DNA of 64,000 bases, taken from NCBI GenBank assembly GCA_963727825.1, contig CAVSHO010000001.1, forward strand, positions 96,001-160,000, written 5' to 3'. Positions 41,137-51,750 of the stretch are shown piece by piece (positions within the stretch are counted from its first letter, which is position 1; the number at the start of each line of letters is the position of its first letter). The notes under the pieces were generated by a model, which had not been told where the DNA came from, did not search any database, and saw only the letters and a list, made by a program, of their open reading frames with translations. A program made the position numbers and the translations under genes. The stretch comes from Ignavibacteriota bacterium (GTDB lineage: Bacteria > Bacteroidota > Ignavibacteria > UBA10030).

Positions 41137-41217
41137 TCAGTGATGAGTGAAGAGTGGTCAATGATAAGCGATAAGCGAGTGTAATAAAGTTTGAAGTAAA
41201 AATTCGTCACTCGTCAC
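41137..41217. repeat. Opposed heptamer arrays with no gene between
   Basis: TCAGTGA TGAGTGA AGAGTGG TCAATGA TAAGCGA TAAGCGA ... TCGTCAC TCGTCAC. Confidence 0.7.
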
Positions 41218-41771
41218 TATCCATTAATCTTTGATTTTAGTTTTCGTTCAGTCAATAAAATTCCGGCGATGGTTTTGCTATCCCCAATTTCGCCGCGCGC
41301 GATCATTTCTACGGCCGTGAAAAATGGAATATATTCAACCGTAAGACTTTGTTCGCCTTCATCAAGGTTTTGTCCGTGTTCGGATTTTTTCAGTCCGGTA
41401 GCAAGATATATATGAAGTACTTCGTTGCAGAACCCCGGTGTAGTGAACATTGTAGTAAGTTTTTCATACTTATCTGCTATGTAGCCGGTTTCTTCCTGTA
41501 GTTCACGTTGAGCAGCTATAAGCGGATCTTCATTGGGTTCAAGCTTTCCAGCAGGAACTTCCAAAATGAATTTTTTGTGTGGATATCGGTACTGCCGAAC
41601 AAAAATCAAATTGCCGTTGTCGAGCAACGGTACGATAACACTTCCACCCGGGTGGCTTACAATTTCACGTTTACGGATGTTGCCGGAAACATCTTTGACC
41701 TCTTCGATAATTAAATCGATGATGCGGCCGTGATACAATCTTTCTGACTTAACTATTTTAGGGAGTGACAT
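41217..41771 (-). CDS. NUDIX hydrolase (ADP-ribose pyrophosphatase-like)
   Basis: RQYRYP, Nudix box PAGKLEPNEDPLIAAQRELQEETGY, TPGFCNE. Confidence 0.9.
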   Translation of the reverse strand: MSLPKIVKSERLYHGRIIDLIIEEVKDVSGNIRKREIVSHPGGSVIVPLLDNGNLIFVRQYRYPHKKFILEVPAGKLEPNEDPLIAAQRELQEETGYIADKYEKLTTMFTTPGFCNEVLHIYLATGLKKSEHGQNLDEGEQSLTVEYIPFFTAVEMIARGEIGDSKTIAGILLTERKLKSKING

Positions 41772-42870
41772 TAGTGTTTGGTGATGAAAGTTGAACGACA
41801 TGCTGTGCAATGCCGGATGAAATTCCTTCCTTCATGAAAGCAGTATATATTTGTTCGCGTAAAGCATTCTCGGCACGGCCTTTTTTCTTCCAATCGTCGG
41901 TGCGTCCAATTAACTGAAGCGTGCATGATGATTCGCCCATTGCACTGAAAAATACATTCGGTTCCGGTTGTTTAAGCAGATCGGAATTCTGACAGGCGAT
42001 AGTCCAGCATGATTTCTCTTAGCACGCTCAATGGATGTACCGTATGCCACATTTACTTCAACGAGAACACGAATATCGTTTCTGGGATATGAATAATTGA
42101 TGACTTTGGTTTTAGTCAACTCAGAGTTTGGGCTAATAATGAGATTATTGTCAAAGTCGAGAATCTTTGTACTGCGAAGGCCAATTTCGTACACATCACC
42201 AATTTCACCTGTTGGAAGTTTTATCCGATCGCCGAGACGAAAGGGTCGATCCAGCATAATAATGAAACCGGCAATCATATTAGCAAGAGTTTCCTGTGCC
42301 GCAAGGGCGATAGCTACCGAGCCGCCGCCAAGGAAGACGAGCAAACTGCTGACATCAACGCCAAAATGTCCAAGAGAAATTACTACTGCAATGAAGAGAA
42401 TCAAAATCATAACCAACCTATTCAAGATTGGGAAAACTGCTTCATTGATCGTCGATTCTGTTTTCTTCGCATGCGTTTCCATAGCATGTTTCAACAGCGT
42501 GTCGATGAAGACGTATTATCAACGCGGTGACAAGCCAAACGAATGCGATGTAAATGATACCTTCCGAGTATTGAATCAATTCTTCGCCGATCTTATCGGT
42601 ATGGGAAATGCCTTTGGCAATTTGTTCTGCGGCGAGATACAAACCAATGACGATTGCAAGCCATTTGACGCGGGGGAGAATAACATTAAAAAGTTTATCG
42701 TCTAATTCAGTATCCGTCTTGGCAATAAGTTTGCGACCAAGGGTGTTGAGAGAGTATTTGAAGAAAAATCCAATGACCATAACGGCGACAAACGCTATAA
42801 AACCGTTCCACAGGTGAAGAGTGAATCCGTTGCCGATAAATTGCTGTATATGTTGGAATAAATCACTCAT
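41758..42870 (-). CDS. MscS-family mechanosensitive channel; about three frameshifts
   Basis: ALAAQETLAN, DRPFRLGDRI, IGLRST, SPNS, VAYGT spread across ORFs 42442-42870, 41910-42494 and 41758-41940. Confidence 0.82.
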
Positions 42871-42871
42871 T

Positions 42872-43453
42872 CTAATAATTTCCTCTGCTGCCGGGTTTTA
42901 CGGCTACGCTGCCGGATTTGCACATTGGGCAATCCGCCGGCTGATGTGCGACGACCTCCATCTGTAGGACTGCAAATTGTTTTGTATCAAATTGCACTTT
43001 GCCGTTGCTTCGATCGACAATACAGCCGGCACCAATGAGATTGCCTTTTGCATTGTTCACTAATTCAATGACTTCTTTTGTAGAACCTCCGGTCGTGACA
43101 ACATCTTCCACTACGAGTACACGTTCGCCTGGAAGAATTTCAAATCCGCGGCGCAATTCCATTTTGCCATCTTTCCGTTCGGCAAAGATAGTGCGCGCGC
43201 CTAACATTCTGCCGACTTCTGTTCCAACCACAATTCCCCCGATAGCGGGAGAGAGAACGACTTCCACTTCATTATATCCAAAGTGGCGAGCAATTTCTCC
43301 GGATAGCAGGTGGAGATATTTTGGAAATTGCAATACGCGGGCGCATTGAAAATACTGCGGACTATGCAAACCGGAAGTGAGTTGGAAATGTCCTTCGAGG
43401 AGTGCTTTTGTTTCCCGGAAGATTTCAAGAATTTGTTCTTTGGGCAGTTTCAT
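42872..43453 (-). CDS. pyrE: Orotate phosphoribosyltransferase
   Basis: GHFQLTSGLHS, VLVVEDVVTTGGS, KPGSR. Confidence 0.93.
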   Translation of the reverse strand: MKLPKEQILEIFRETKALLEGHFQLTSGLHSPQYFQCARVLQFPKYLHLLSGEIARHFGYNEVEVVLSPAIGGIVVGTEVGRMLGARTIFAERKDGKMELRRGFEILPGERVLVVEDVVTTGGSTKEVIELVNNAKGNLIGAGCIVDRSNGKVQFDTKQFAVLQMEVVAHQPADCPMCKSGSVAVKPGSRGNY

Positions 43454-43597
43454 GTCCAGATATTTCTTTTTGTTAAAGTGATAAAAAGATACTAAGAACT
43501 AGTTTGATGCGCAATTTTGGGTTGAAAAATGTATTGGTCCTGCCACTTATGTTACTGTTTTGTTGTGCGCAAATACTCTTTAAGGTTCAGCATTGTC

Positions 43598-44409
43598 TTA
43601 ACTTAAAAAACCCTCCACTCTGTGAACTTTGCCAAGTTTCGTTCCGAGGAAGCGTTCTCCAATTTCCGTAAACTTGTGCGGTACATCGCTGACAAAAAAT
43701 TGCAGGTTCGGTTTTTGGGTACTGATGTTGCTTCAATTTCAAGTCCATAAGCATATTCTTGACAACTAATGCAGTTGATTCTCCAGAATCAATCAAAGTA
43801 ACGCTCTGGTGAAGCACCTTGTTGATGACGTTTCGTAAAATAGGATAATGTGTACAACCAAGAACTAAGTGTATCAATCTTCTCGAGTGTCAAAGGGAAA
43901 AGATATTCTTTGGCGATCAACTCAGTTGCTTTGTGATCAATCCATCCTTCTTCGGCAAGCGGAACGAAAAGAGGGCATGGCTGTCCAAATACTTTGATGT
44001 CAGGATCAAGCTGACGAATGGCGTTTGTGTAAGCATTACTGAAAATGGTTCCAACTGTTCCGGCAATACCAATGCGCTTATTTTTTGTTGCCCGTACCGC
44101 AGCCTCTGCTCCCGGAATGATTACACCGATAACCGGCACTTTCGCCCGTTTTTGCACAACATCAAGAGCGACGGCAGATACTGTATTGCAAGCGATGACG
44201 ATGAGTTTGACATCATGTTGAAGCAGCACGTCTGTGTCTTGCAGGGCATATTCACGTACTACCTGTTGTGATTTTGGCCCATATGGTACACGCGCCGTAT
44301 CGCCAAAATAGATAATATTTTCATGCGGTAAATGGTGCATCAATGCGCGTACTACAGTCATTCCGCCAATACCGGAATCAAAAACGCCAATGGGCTGTGC
44401 GTTATTCAT
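43598..44409 (-). CDS. murI: Glutamate racemase; frameshifts near 43870 and 43725
   Basis: FDSGIGG, DTARVPYG, IACNT; second catalytic LGCTHYP in a shifted frame. Confidence 0.92.
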
Positions 44410-44791
44410 AATAACTCGCGAATTATTTTTTTTGCAATATATCTCTATTCGGATATATTCTGAATCGCTGCGAGAATTTCTCGCTTTGCCGCTTCTCGTT
44501 ATACTATATTATCTAACTTTTTTTTAATGGGCATTTAAAAACAGATAATGGCAACACTATTAATATAATCATTTTTAATGTTCAGTGCGAAATACTATAA
44601 GTTCTCAAATCATTATCATCACTGCCGTTATGGATTTTTTCGGGAAGAAGAAATACGTCAGATAACCTTGTTGGATAAAAAGCTGTATGGCTCATCCACT
44701 TACCACAGCAGTTGCAAACAAGCTAAGGGTTTGGTAGATTATCGAAGCATTCCTTTCGGGTTTCAATAATGCTTCCATTGAAGAGGTTATA

Positions 44792-46867
44792 ATGACAAAG
44801 AGTCGGATTGAAACGATACTAAAAGACAGCAATTACCAACTTTTCCTTTTTTCAGTTAAAGATATAAAAGCGTTAGAAGAGCGAATAGTTGAAAAGAACA
44901 AAAAGCTTTATGTCAATTGTATTATCCGAGAAAAAGAAATTCAGTTAAAACCTGAAGAGATCGTTCGCCAACTTTATGCAATGAAGTTGATGAATATCTA
45001 TAATTACCCCAAAAATAGAATTCGCTTTGAACATGCAGTGCAATTTGGCAGAGAAACCAAGTCTTCCGATATTGTTGTATTCGATAAAGACAGGCCAACA
45101 GTTGAATATATTATCGTTGAAGTAAAGAAACCGAGGCTGAAAGATGGAAAAGAGCAATTGAGAAGCTACTGCAACGCAACCGGTGCGCCGATAGGTGTGT
45201 GGACAAACGGCGGACAAATATCACACTACAATAGAAAAGATCCAAACTTTTTTGAAGACATCACCGATATTCCCAACTCCGATCAGACTCTTGAAGACAT
45301 ATTAAAAGAGCGTTTCACTTGGCGTGATCTTATAATTAAGGACAAAATCCCCAACGAAGGGAAATCTTTAAAAACTATTATCACCGAGATGGAAGATGAG
45401 GTTCTTGCCAATGCAGGAGTCGATGTCTTTGAAGAAGTTTTCAAATTAATATTCACAAAATTATATGATGAGCAAAAAAGCCAGAAAGATAGAGACGTCG
45501 TCAATTATTTTTTAAAGAAGAAAAATCTTCCAATGGTAGCAGAAAAGAAAGCAACCTATGGAAATCAATATGAAGGGTCGACGTTCGATGAAGTTAAAAA
45601 GGTGGTTAGTGATGTTGATGATACTTCGTTCCGGATTTTGGAATTTAGAAACACAGGTCAATCGGAGGGTGATCTGAAGAAAAAGATTCAAAAGCTATTT
45701 GATGAAGCAAAGAATAAATGGCCCGGTGTTTTTCCCGATGAGAGTAAAATTGATCTTTCACCTTCCCATCTTTCGGTTTGCATCTCCAGCTTGCAAGATG
45801 TAAAGCTCTTCAATTCCAATTTGCAAGTTATTGATGAAGCATTTGAATACCTCGTTAGCAAATCATCCAAAGGCGAAAAAGGTCAATATTTTACTCCACG
45901 CCATGTTATCGATATGTGCGTTAAAATGCTCAACCCCCAAAAGGGTGAGTATATGATTGATTCGGCTGCAGGATCATGCGGCTTTACCGTGCACACTATT
46001 TTCCACCTGACGGGACATCTTTTTGAGAACACAGAAATATCGCAGGAAGAAAAAGAAGATGTATTAAAAGTTTTCGGTATTGATTTCGACGAAAAGGTTG
46101 TGCGCGTAGCACGAACATTAAACCTCATCGCTGGAGACGGCGAAACAAACGTCCTGCATCTTAATACACTTGATTATGATCGCTGGAATGAAACGGTGAA
46201 TAATGCAGAATGGCGCGATACCTACGGAAGCGGTTTCAAGCGTTTGGAATCTTTAAAGAAAGATCCAAATGCTTTTAAGGAATTTCGTTTTGATGTTCTT
46301 ATGGCAAACCCGCCTTTTGCCGGAGATATTAAAGAATCCCGCATCATTCATAAATATGAGCTTGGATATAACGATAAAAACAAACCCAAACAGAAAGTAG
46401 GACGCGATATTCTCTTTATCGAGCGTAACCTCGACTTCATCAAACCCGGCGGGCGACTGGCGATTGTATTACCGCAAGGAAGATATAATAATACCTCCGA
46501 CAAAGATATTAGAGAATTCATAGCCGATAAAGCCCGCATACTGGCAGTTGTGGGACTGCAGGTTAATACGTTTAAACCGCACACTGGAACAAAAACAAGT
46601 GTGTTATTCTTGCAGAAATGGGATGATAAGCTTTGCCTAAAGAAAGAGGACTATCCTATTTTCTTCGCCGTATCGGAAAAATCGGGCAAGGATAATTCTG
46701 GTGAATATGTGTATGTAAAGAATGGCGATGGCAAGCCGAAGTTAGATAAGTACGGTCACTTTGTTGTTGATCACGACTTGCACAATCACAGTGGCGAATT
46801 GCCTGATGGTGTTGCCGAAGCATTTATTGAGTGGGCAAAGAAAGAAAAACTGAGTTTTTGGAAATAA
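44792..46867 (+). CDS. Fused restriction endonuclease / N6-adenine methyltransferase (HsdR_N-like + HsdM-like; type IIB/IIG-like)
   Basis: KPEEIVRQ, SSDIVVF..IIVEVKK PD-(D/E)xK motif, GQYFTPR, motif I DSAAGSCGF, motif IV NPPF. Confidence 0.88.
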   Translation: MTKSRIETILKDSNYQLFLFSVKDIKALEERIVEKNKKLYVNCIIREKEIQLKPEEIVRQLYAMKLMNIYNYPKNRIRFEHAVQFGRETKSSDIVVFDKDRPTVEYIIVEVKKPRLKDGKEQLRSYCNATGAPIGVWTNGGQISHYNRKDPNFFEDITDIPNSDQTLEDILKERFTWRDLIIKDKIPNEGKSLKTIITEMEDEVLANAGVDVFEEVFKLIFTKLYDEQKSQKDRDVVNYFLKKKNLPMVAEKKATYGNQYEGSTFDEVKKVVSDVDDTSFRILEFRNTGQSEGDLKKKIQKLFDEAKNKWPGVFPDESKIDLSPSHLSVCISSLQDVKLFNSNLQVIDEAFEYLVSKSSKGEKGQYFTPRHVIDMCVKMLNPQKGEYMIDSAAGSCGFTVHTIFHLTGHLFENTEISQEEKEDVLKVFGIDFDEKVVRVARTLNLIAGDGETNVLHLNTLDYDRWNETVNNAEWRDTYGSGFKRLESLKKDPNAFKEFRFDVLMANPPFAGDIKESRIIHKYELGYNDKNKPKQKVGRDILFIERNLDFIKPGGRLAIVLPQGRYNNTSDKDIREFIADKARILAVVGLQVNTFKPHTGTKTSVLFLQKWDDKLCLKKEDYPIFFAVSEKSGKDNSGEYVYVKNGDGKPKLDKYGHFVVDHDLHNHSGELPDGVAEAFIEWAKKEKLSFWK

Positions 46868-46868
46868 G
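46832..46868 (+). repeat. 3' end of MTase gene, copy 1 of a 37-bp direct repeat
   Basis: 32/37 identical to 47892-47928. Confidence 0.8.
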
Positions 46869-46879
46869 GATATTTTGAA

Positions 46880-47890
46880 ATGAAATTAACAAAGCGATTT
46901 GATAAACAATTTTCTGAAGTCGTAAACATGATCCATCAAGCCCGGTATAATGCCATCAAAAGCGTGAATGCCGAGCTGGTAAAATTGTATTGGAACATTG
47001 GCGAATATATCAGCAAAAAAATTGCAGATGCTGAATGGGGCGATGCTGTTGTGGATCAGCTTGCCGATTATATTCAAAACAGCCATCCTGAATTTAAAGG
47101 TTTTACGCGCCGAGGGCTGTATCGGATGCGACAATTTTATGAGGTGTACCGGGATAATAAATTTGTGTCAGCGCTGCTGACACAAATTAGCTGGACAAAT
47201 CACATGCTGATCCTTTCTAAAACCAAATCAAAAGAAGAGCGTAAATTTTATTTAATGCTTTCATTTAAAGAAAAGTATAGCTCGCGTGAATTAGAACGCC
47301 AAATTGACAGCGGTTATTATGAACGGGTAATGCTTACAAAGAAAAAAGTGTCACCACCGGTGACACAAAGTAAAAAAGATATTACCACGGTGTTTAAAGA
47401 CACCTATGTCCTGGATTTTTTAAACCTGCCTGAACTTCACAGCGAAAAAGATTTGCAGAAAAGTATTGTTGCAAATCTAAGAGATTTTATACTTGAGTTC
47501 GGAAAAGATTTTACTTTCATAGGACAAGAATATCGAATTCAGGTGGGTAATAATGATTATTTTATTGATCTGCTTTTCTTTCATCGCGGTATTAGATGCC
47601 TTGTCATGGTAGAGCTTAAAATCACAGATTTCAAGCCGGAGTATCTGGGGAAAATGAATTTCTATCTTGAAGCGCTGGATAGAGACGTTAGAAAAGAAGG
47701 TGAAAATCCAAGTGTCGGCATTATATTATGTAAGTCGAAAGATGATGAGGTAGTGGAGTACGCCCTAAGCCGTCATCTTTCACCTACACTCGTAGCCGAA
47801 TATAAAACAAAATTAATACCCAAGAAAATATTACAGAAGAAACTGCATGAACTGTTTCTTTTGCAAGGTAAGAAAAGCGATGAAAACTAA
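46880..47890 (+). CDS. YhcG / DUF1016 PD-(D/E)xK nuclease family protein
   Basis: LYWNIG, MRQFY, ISWT, SRELERQI, FKDTYVLDFL, IDLLFFHR..VELK, GKMNFYL. Confidence 0.92.
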   Translation: MKLTKRFDKQFSEVVNMIHQARYNAIKSVNAELVKLYWNIGEYISKKIADAEWGDAVVDQLADYIQNSHPEFKGFTRRGLYRMRQFYEVYRDNKFVSALLTQISWTNHMLILSKTKSKEERKFYLMLSFKEKYSSRELERQIDSGYYERVMLTKKKVSPPVTQSKKDITTVFKDTYVLDFLNLPELHSEKDLQKSIVANLRDFILEFGKDFTFIGQEYRIQVGNNDYFIDLLFFHRGIRCLVMVELKITDFKPEYLGKMNFYLEALDRDVRKEGENPSVGIILCKSKDDEVVEYALSRHLSPTLVAEYKTKLIPKKILQKKLHELFLLQGKKSDEN

Positions 47891-47891
47891 T

Positions 47892-47928
47892 TGGGTAGAG
47901 AAAGATAAATTGAGTTTTTGGAAAAAAG
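47892..47928 (+). repeat. Copy 2 of the 37-bp MTase 3' end repeat, just upstream of the S subunit ATG
   Basis: TGGGTAGAGAAAGATAAATTGAGTTTTTGGAAAAAAG. Confidence 0.8.
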
Positions 47929-47930
47929 AA

Positions 47931-49372
47931 ATGCAAACCTCCGTTGTAAATTAGCTAAAGACTTAAACTTTGAATTTCGGTTCGATGCCGAGTATTACAG
48001 GGCTGAAATCCTAAAGAATATCAGATTGCTAGATAAAAAAGAAAACGCTGTACTAAGCTGATCTTGCATATTTTGTAATAGGGCCTTTCGGTTCTACCGT
48101 AACAGTAGATCAGTATGTGCCAGTCTCAAATTATAGATATGTAAGAAATAGGGATATAAATGATTTTCAAATCAAGCGATAATGAACAAGCTTTTATACC
48201 TGAGCAAGTTTACAGGGCACTACCTCAATTCCACATTAAAGAAAATGACTTGTTAATTACAGTTGTTGGTATCTTTGGGTAAAGTGGCTATCGCTACACA
48301 AAAAAATGATTCATCAATATTCAGCTGTAAAAGCACGATCATCCGAATTAAAAGGATCGATCCGCTTTATCTACTTGTCTATTTAAATTCAAACGTAGGA
48401 CAGTTATTTGCTTTGCGTGGTGTAAGGGGTGCCATTCAACAAGGATTGAATCTGTCAGATTTGAAGGGAATCAAAGTCATTTATTCCGTCGGAAGATTTC
48501 CAAAAGACTATCCGAGCAAATGTTTCTAAGGCGTTTGTTATTAAACCGCGGAGGCAGAAAATCTTGAAGAATATAGCTCAAGCCGAGCAAATACTTCTTT
48601 CCGAATCTTGGTCTTTTATACTGGAACCCAAAACATCGTCTTTCATTTATCAAGAATTTCTCCGACGCGCAGACCAGCAAGCGCATCGATGCCGAATATT
48701 TCCAGCCGATGTATGAGGAAGTGGTCAAATCGATCAAAGCATCAAAAAACCATTCCAAGTTGGGCGACATTGTTTCAATTAAAAAGTGCATTGAGCCGGG
48801 GAGCGAAGCATATCAAGATAGCGGTATTCCATTTTTAAGAGTTAGCAATATTTCTAAGTTCGGAATTAATAATGACAATCAGCAATACGTTTCCGAGTTA
48901 TTATACGAAAGTCTCAAAACGTACCAGCCAAAGAAAGGCGAAATTCTCTTATCAAAGGATGCTACGCCGGGAATTGCATATTACTTAAAAGATGCGCCGG
49001 GAAAAACGATTCCATCCGGCGGAATACTAAGGGTAACAGTAAAAGATACAAACTATGTTTATCGTGAATATCTTCACTTTAGTCTTGAATTCAACTATTG
49101 TTCAAAAACAAATCGAACGCGATGCGGGCGGATCAATAATCAATCACTGGCTTGTTGATCAAGTGAAAGATACTTTAATCCCAATTCTTCCCATATCAGT
49201 GCAAAAGAAGATTGCGGAAAAAGTTGATCAATCATTTTCTGATCGTAAGCAATCAAAGCAACTTCTTGACATCGCCAAGCGAGGTGTAGAAATTGCCATC
49301 GAGAAAAGCGAGGCAGAAGCAGAAAAGTGGATGAAGGCAGAAGAGAAAAAGATTGTAGAAGGAAAAGCCTAA
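47931..49372 (+). pseudogene. hsdS: Restriction-modification specificity (S) subunit, multiply frameshifted (pseudogene or sequencing errors)
   Basis: RFDAEYY and RIDAEYFQP half-repeats, GPFGS, PFLRVSNI, KGEILLSKD, helical spacer SKQLLDIAKRGVEIAIE; pieces lie in different frames. Confidence 0.78.
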
Positions 49373-49581
49373 TTGTCCAGTCACACTTAAATTCCACTCT
49401 CACATGAAGTATTATTGCAAATGGCACTTTGTGAAAATATTTTATCTGGGGCTTTATGAATATTTGTTTTTCAGATTTTCTTTAAAAAACATGGTATTTG
49501 TCTTCTGAATTTCTCTCAAAAAATCAGTAAGTTATACACACTGAAAATTATTCTAGAGTTTTATATGAAAGGACTGGCGCT

Positions 49582-51138
49582 ATGGCGCACGAACCTTTTA
49601 AGAATGAACCGCTAACCGATTTTTCCAAACCGGCAAATCAGAAAGCGATGGAAACAGCATTAGCCAAAGTAAAGGCGATGCTTGGAAAAGAATATCATCT
49701 TGTTATCGGTAGTGAAGAAATCTGCACTGACGACAAATTGAAATCTATAAATCCATCTCGGCCAAGCGAAGTGGTTGGAGTGTTCTCGAAAGCGAATCCT
49801 GATCTTGCAAATAAAGCGATCGAGACTGCCACTGGAAAGTTTGAGGAATGGAAATGGACTGATCCGAAAAAGCGTGCCGATTACCTCTTCAAAGCCGCAA
49901 AGTTGATGCGCCAGCGGAAGCATGAATTCAGCGCGGTAATGATTTACGAAGTCGGCAAGACGTGGCCTGAAGCCGATGCTGATACTGCGGAAGCAATCGA
50001 CTTCCTCGAGTTTTATGCGCGAGAGATGCTGCGCTATTCCGGTAAGCAGCCAATTACAAAGATTCCTGGTGAAAAAAGTGAAATGTGGTACATTCCGCTG
50101 GGAGTGGGTGTTATATTGCCGCCATGGAATTTTGCGCTCGCAATTCTTACAGGTATGACATCAGCCGCTATCGTTACCGGCAATACCGTAGTACTAAAGA
50201 CATCCAGCGATTCGCCGCTTACAGGTTGGATGTTTTTCAACTTGATGCGTGAGGTTGGATTACCCGCTGGTGTGATCAACTTTATGACTGGTTCCGGCGC
50301 TTCTATCGGTGACGTGCTTGTTGCGCATCCGAAAACGCGTTTCATTTCGTTCACAGGATCGAAGGAAGTCGGTATTCATATCAATGAACTTGCGGCAAAG
50401 GTTCAACCCGGACAAAAATGGCTCAAGCGCGTCATTGCAGAGATGGGCGGGAAAGATTCTATCATTATTGACAATCAAACTGATCTCAATGCGGCAGCAC
50501 AAGCATCTCTTGTTTCGGCATTTGGTTTTCAGGGGCAAAAATGTTCAGCCGCTTCCCGCGCAATAGTAGTTGAGAAAGTTTACGATAAGTTTCTCGATAT
50601 ATTAAAAATAAAAGTTGATGAACTAAAAACCGGTCAATCGGATGATCCGGCAAATTATATGGGCCCGGTAGTCAATAAAGGTTCAGAAGAGAAAATTCTC
50701 TCGTACATCCAAAAAGGAATTCAAGAAGGCGGCCGGTTGATCTGCGGAGGCGGTAAAGCCGAAGGAGACGGATTTTTCATCAATCCGACAGTTATTGCCG
50801 ATGTCGATCCTATTGGGACGATTTCGCAGGAAGAAATATTTGGCCCAGTACTTGCAGTTATTAAAGTTAAAGATTTCAATCAAGCCCTTGAAGTGGCAAA
50901 CAATACAGAATTCGGTCTCACCGGCGGCGTCTGGACGAGGAATAGAAAAAAAATTGAAAAAGCGAAGGAGGTATTTCACGTTGGGAATTTTTATGTGAAT
51001 CGAAAAATTACCGGAGCACTTGTTGGCGTGCATCCCTTCGGCGGATTTAATATGTCCGGTACGGATTCAAAAGCTGGCGGACGTGATTACTTATTGCTGC
51101 TTATGCAAGCAAAGGCTTTATCGGAAAAGATCAGATAA
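49582..51138 (+). CDS. pruA: 1-pyrroline-5-carboxylate dehydrogenase (RocA/PruA type)
   Basis: PFKNEP, EAIDFLEFY, PPWNF, FTGS, AEMGGKD, FQGQKCSA, EEIFGPV, SGTDSKAGG. Confidence 0.93.
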   Translation: MAHEPFKNEPLTDFSKPANQKAMETALAKVKAMLGKEYHLVIGSEEICTDDKLKSINPSRPSEVVGVFSKANPDLANKAIETATGKFEEWKWTDPKKRADYLFKAAKLMRQRKHEFSAVMIYEVGKTWPEADADTAEAIDFLEFYAREMLRYSGKQPITKIPGEKSEMWYIPLGVGVILPPWNFALAILTGMTSAAIVTGNTVVLKTSSDSPLTGWMFFNLMREVGLPAGVINFMTGSGASIGDVLVAHPKTRFISFTGSKEVGIHINELAAKVQPGQKWLKRVIAEMGGKDSIIIDNQTDLNAAAQASLVSAFGFQGQKCSAASRAIVVEKVYDKFLDILKIKVDELKTGQSDDPANYMGPVVNKGSEEKILSYIQKGIQEGGRLICGGGKAEGDGFFINPTVIADVDPIGTISQEEIFGPVLAVIKVKDFNQALEVANNTEFGLTGGVWTRNRKKIEKAKEVFHVGNFYVNRKITGALVGVHPFGGFNMSGTDSKAGGRDYLLLLMQAKALSEKIR

Positions 51139-51140
51139 TA

Positions 51141-51214
51141 TTTGTCGATTTTCGATCTTGTGATTTAGTGATCGAGAAGAATAAATCAGTAATTGTAAAT
51201 TGGAAATAACTAAA
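51141..51214. repeat. Degenerate opposed 7/8-nt arrays, empty
   Basis: TGTCGAT TTTCGAT CTTGTGAT TTAGTGAT ... AAATCAGT AATTGTA AATTGGA AATAACT AAA. Confidence 0.45.
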
Positions 51215-51216
51215 AA

Positions 51217-51732
51217 ATGCCTGAATACATAAAATGTGCTTACTGTAGTGAAGAAATAACGGCAGATAGCGATTTCTGTCCGCATTGTGGTACTTTGTTT
51301 GCGAAAGCCGGTACTGTGTTTTGTGATTTGCATCCGCTGGAACACGGAGCAGGTATTTGTATTATCTGCCGCAAACTTTGTTGCGAAGAATGCGGTGCTA
51401 AGGTTCACGGACGGTTTTTATGTTCAGCACATCGAAAAGTTAGAGTGGAACAAGATTGGGTAGAAGTTTTTCGTTCGACAGAAATTTCCGATGCAGAGCT
51501 GGTGAAATCAGTTTTAGAATCAGCCGGGCATAAAGTGTTGGTGCAGAATTTTAATTCTATCGGATTTATCTGGGATGGCGGAGGTGATTCGCCAATCTCG
51601 CGCAGTAACATCAATAAGCCGGCGAAAGTATTTGTGCCAATTCCTGAATATTTGGATGCGATAGAAGAAATTGTGGATTGGAAATCATCGGAAACTAATA
51701 TTGATGAAGTAGAATCTGGGCACCAGGATTGA
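51217..51732 (+). CDS. Zinc-ribbon / B-box-like + DUF2007-like protein
   Basis: CAYC..CPHCG, CDLHP..CIIC..CCEEC..CSAH; AELVKSVLESAG. Confidence 0.65.
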   Translation: MPEYIKCAYCSEEITADSDFCPHCGTLFAKAGTVFCDLHPLEHGAGICIICRKLCCEECGAKVHGRFLCSAHRKVRVEQDWVEVFRSTEISDAELVKSVLESAGHKVLVQNFNSIGFIWDGGGDSPISRSNINKPAKVFVPIPEYLDAIEEIVDWKSSETNIDEVESGHQD

Positions 51733-51750
51733 ACATAAGAGGAATTCACC

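Noticed and set aside
44470-44775. Palindrome GCGAGAA-T-TTCTCGC, stem GAAGCATT/AATGCTTC and 63-aa ORF upstream of the R-M gene
   Set aside because: No recognisable C-protein HTH, RBS or RNA family; too little support.
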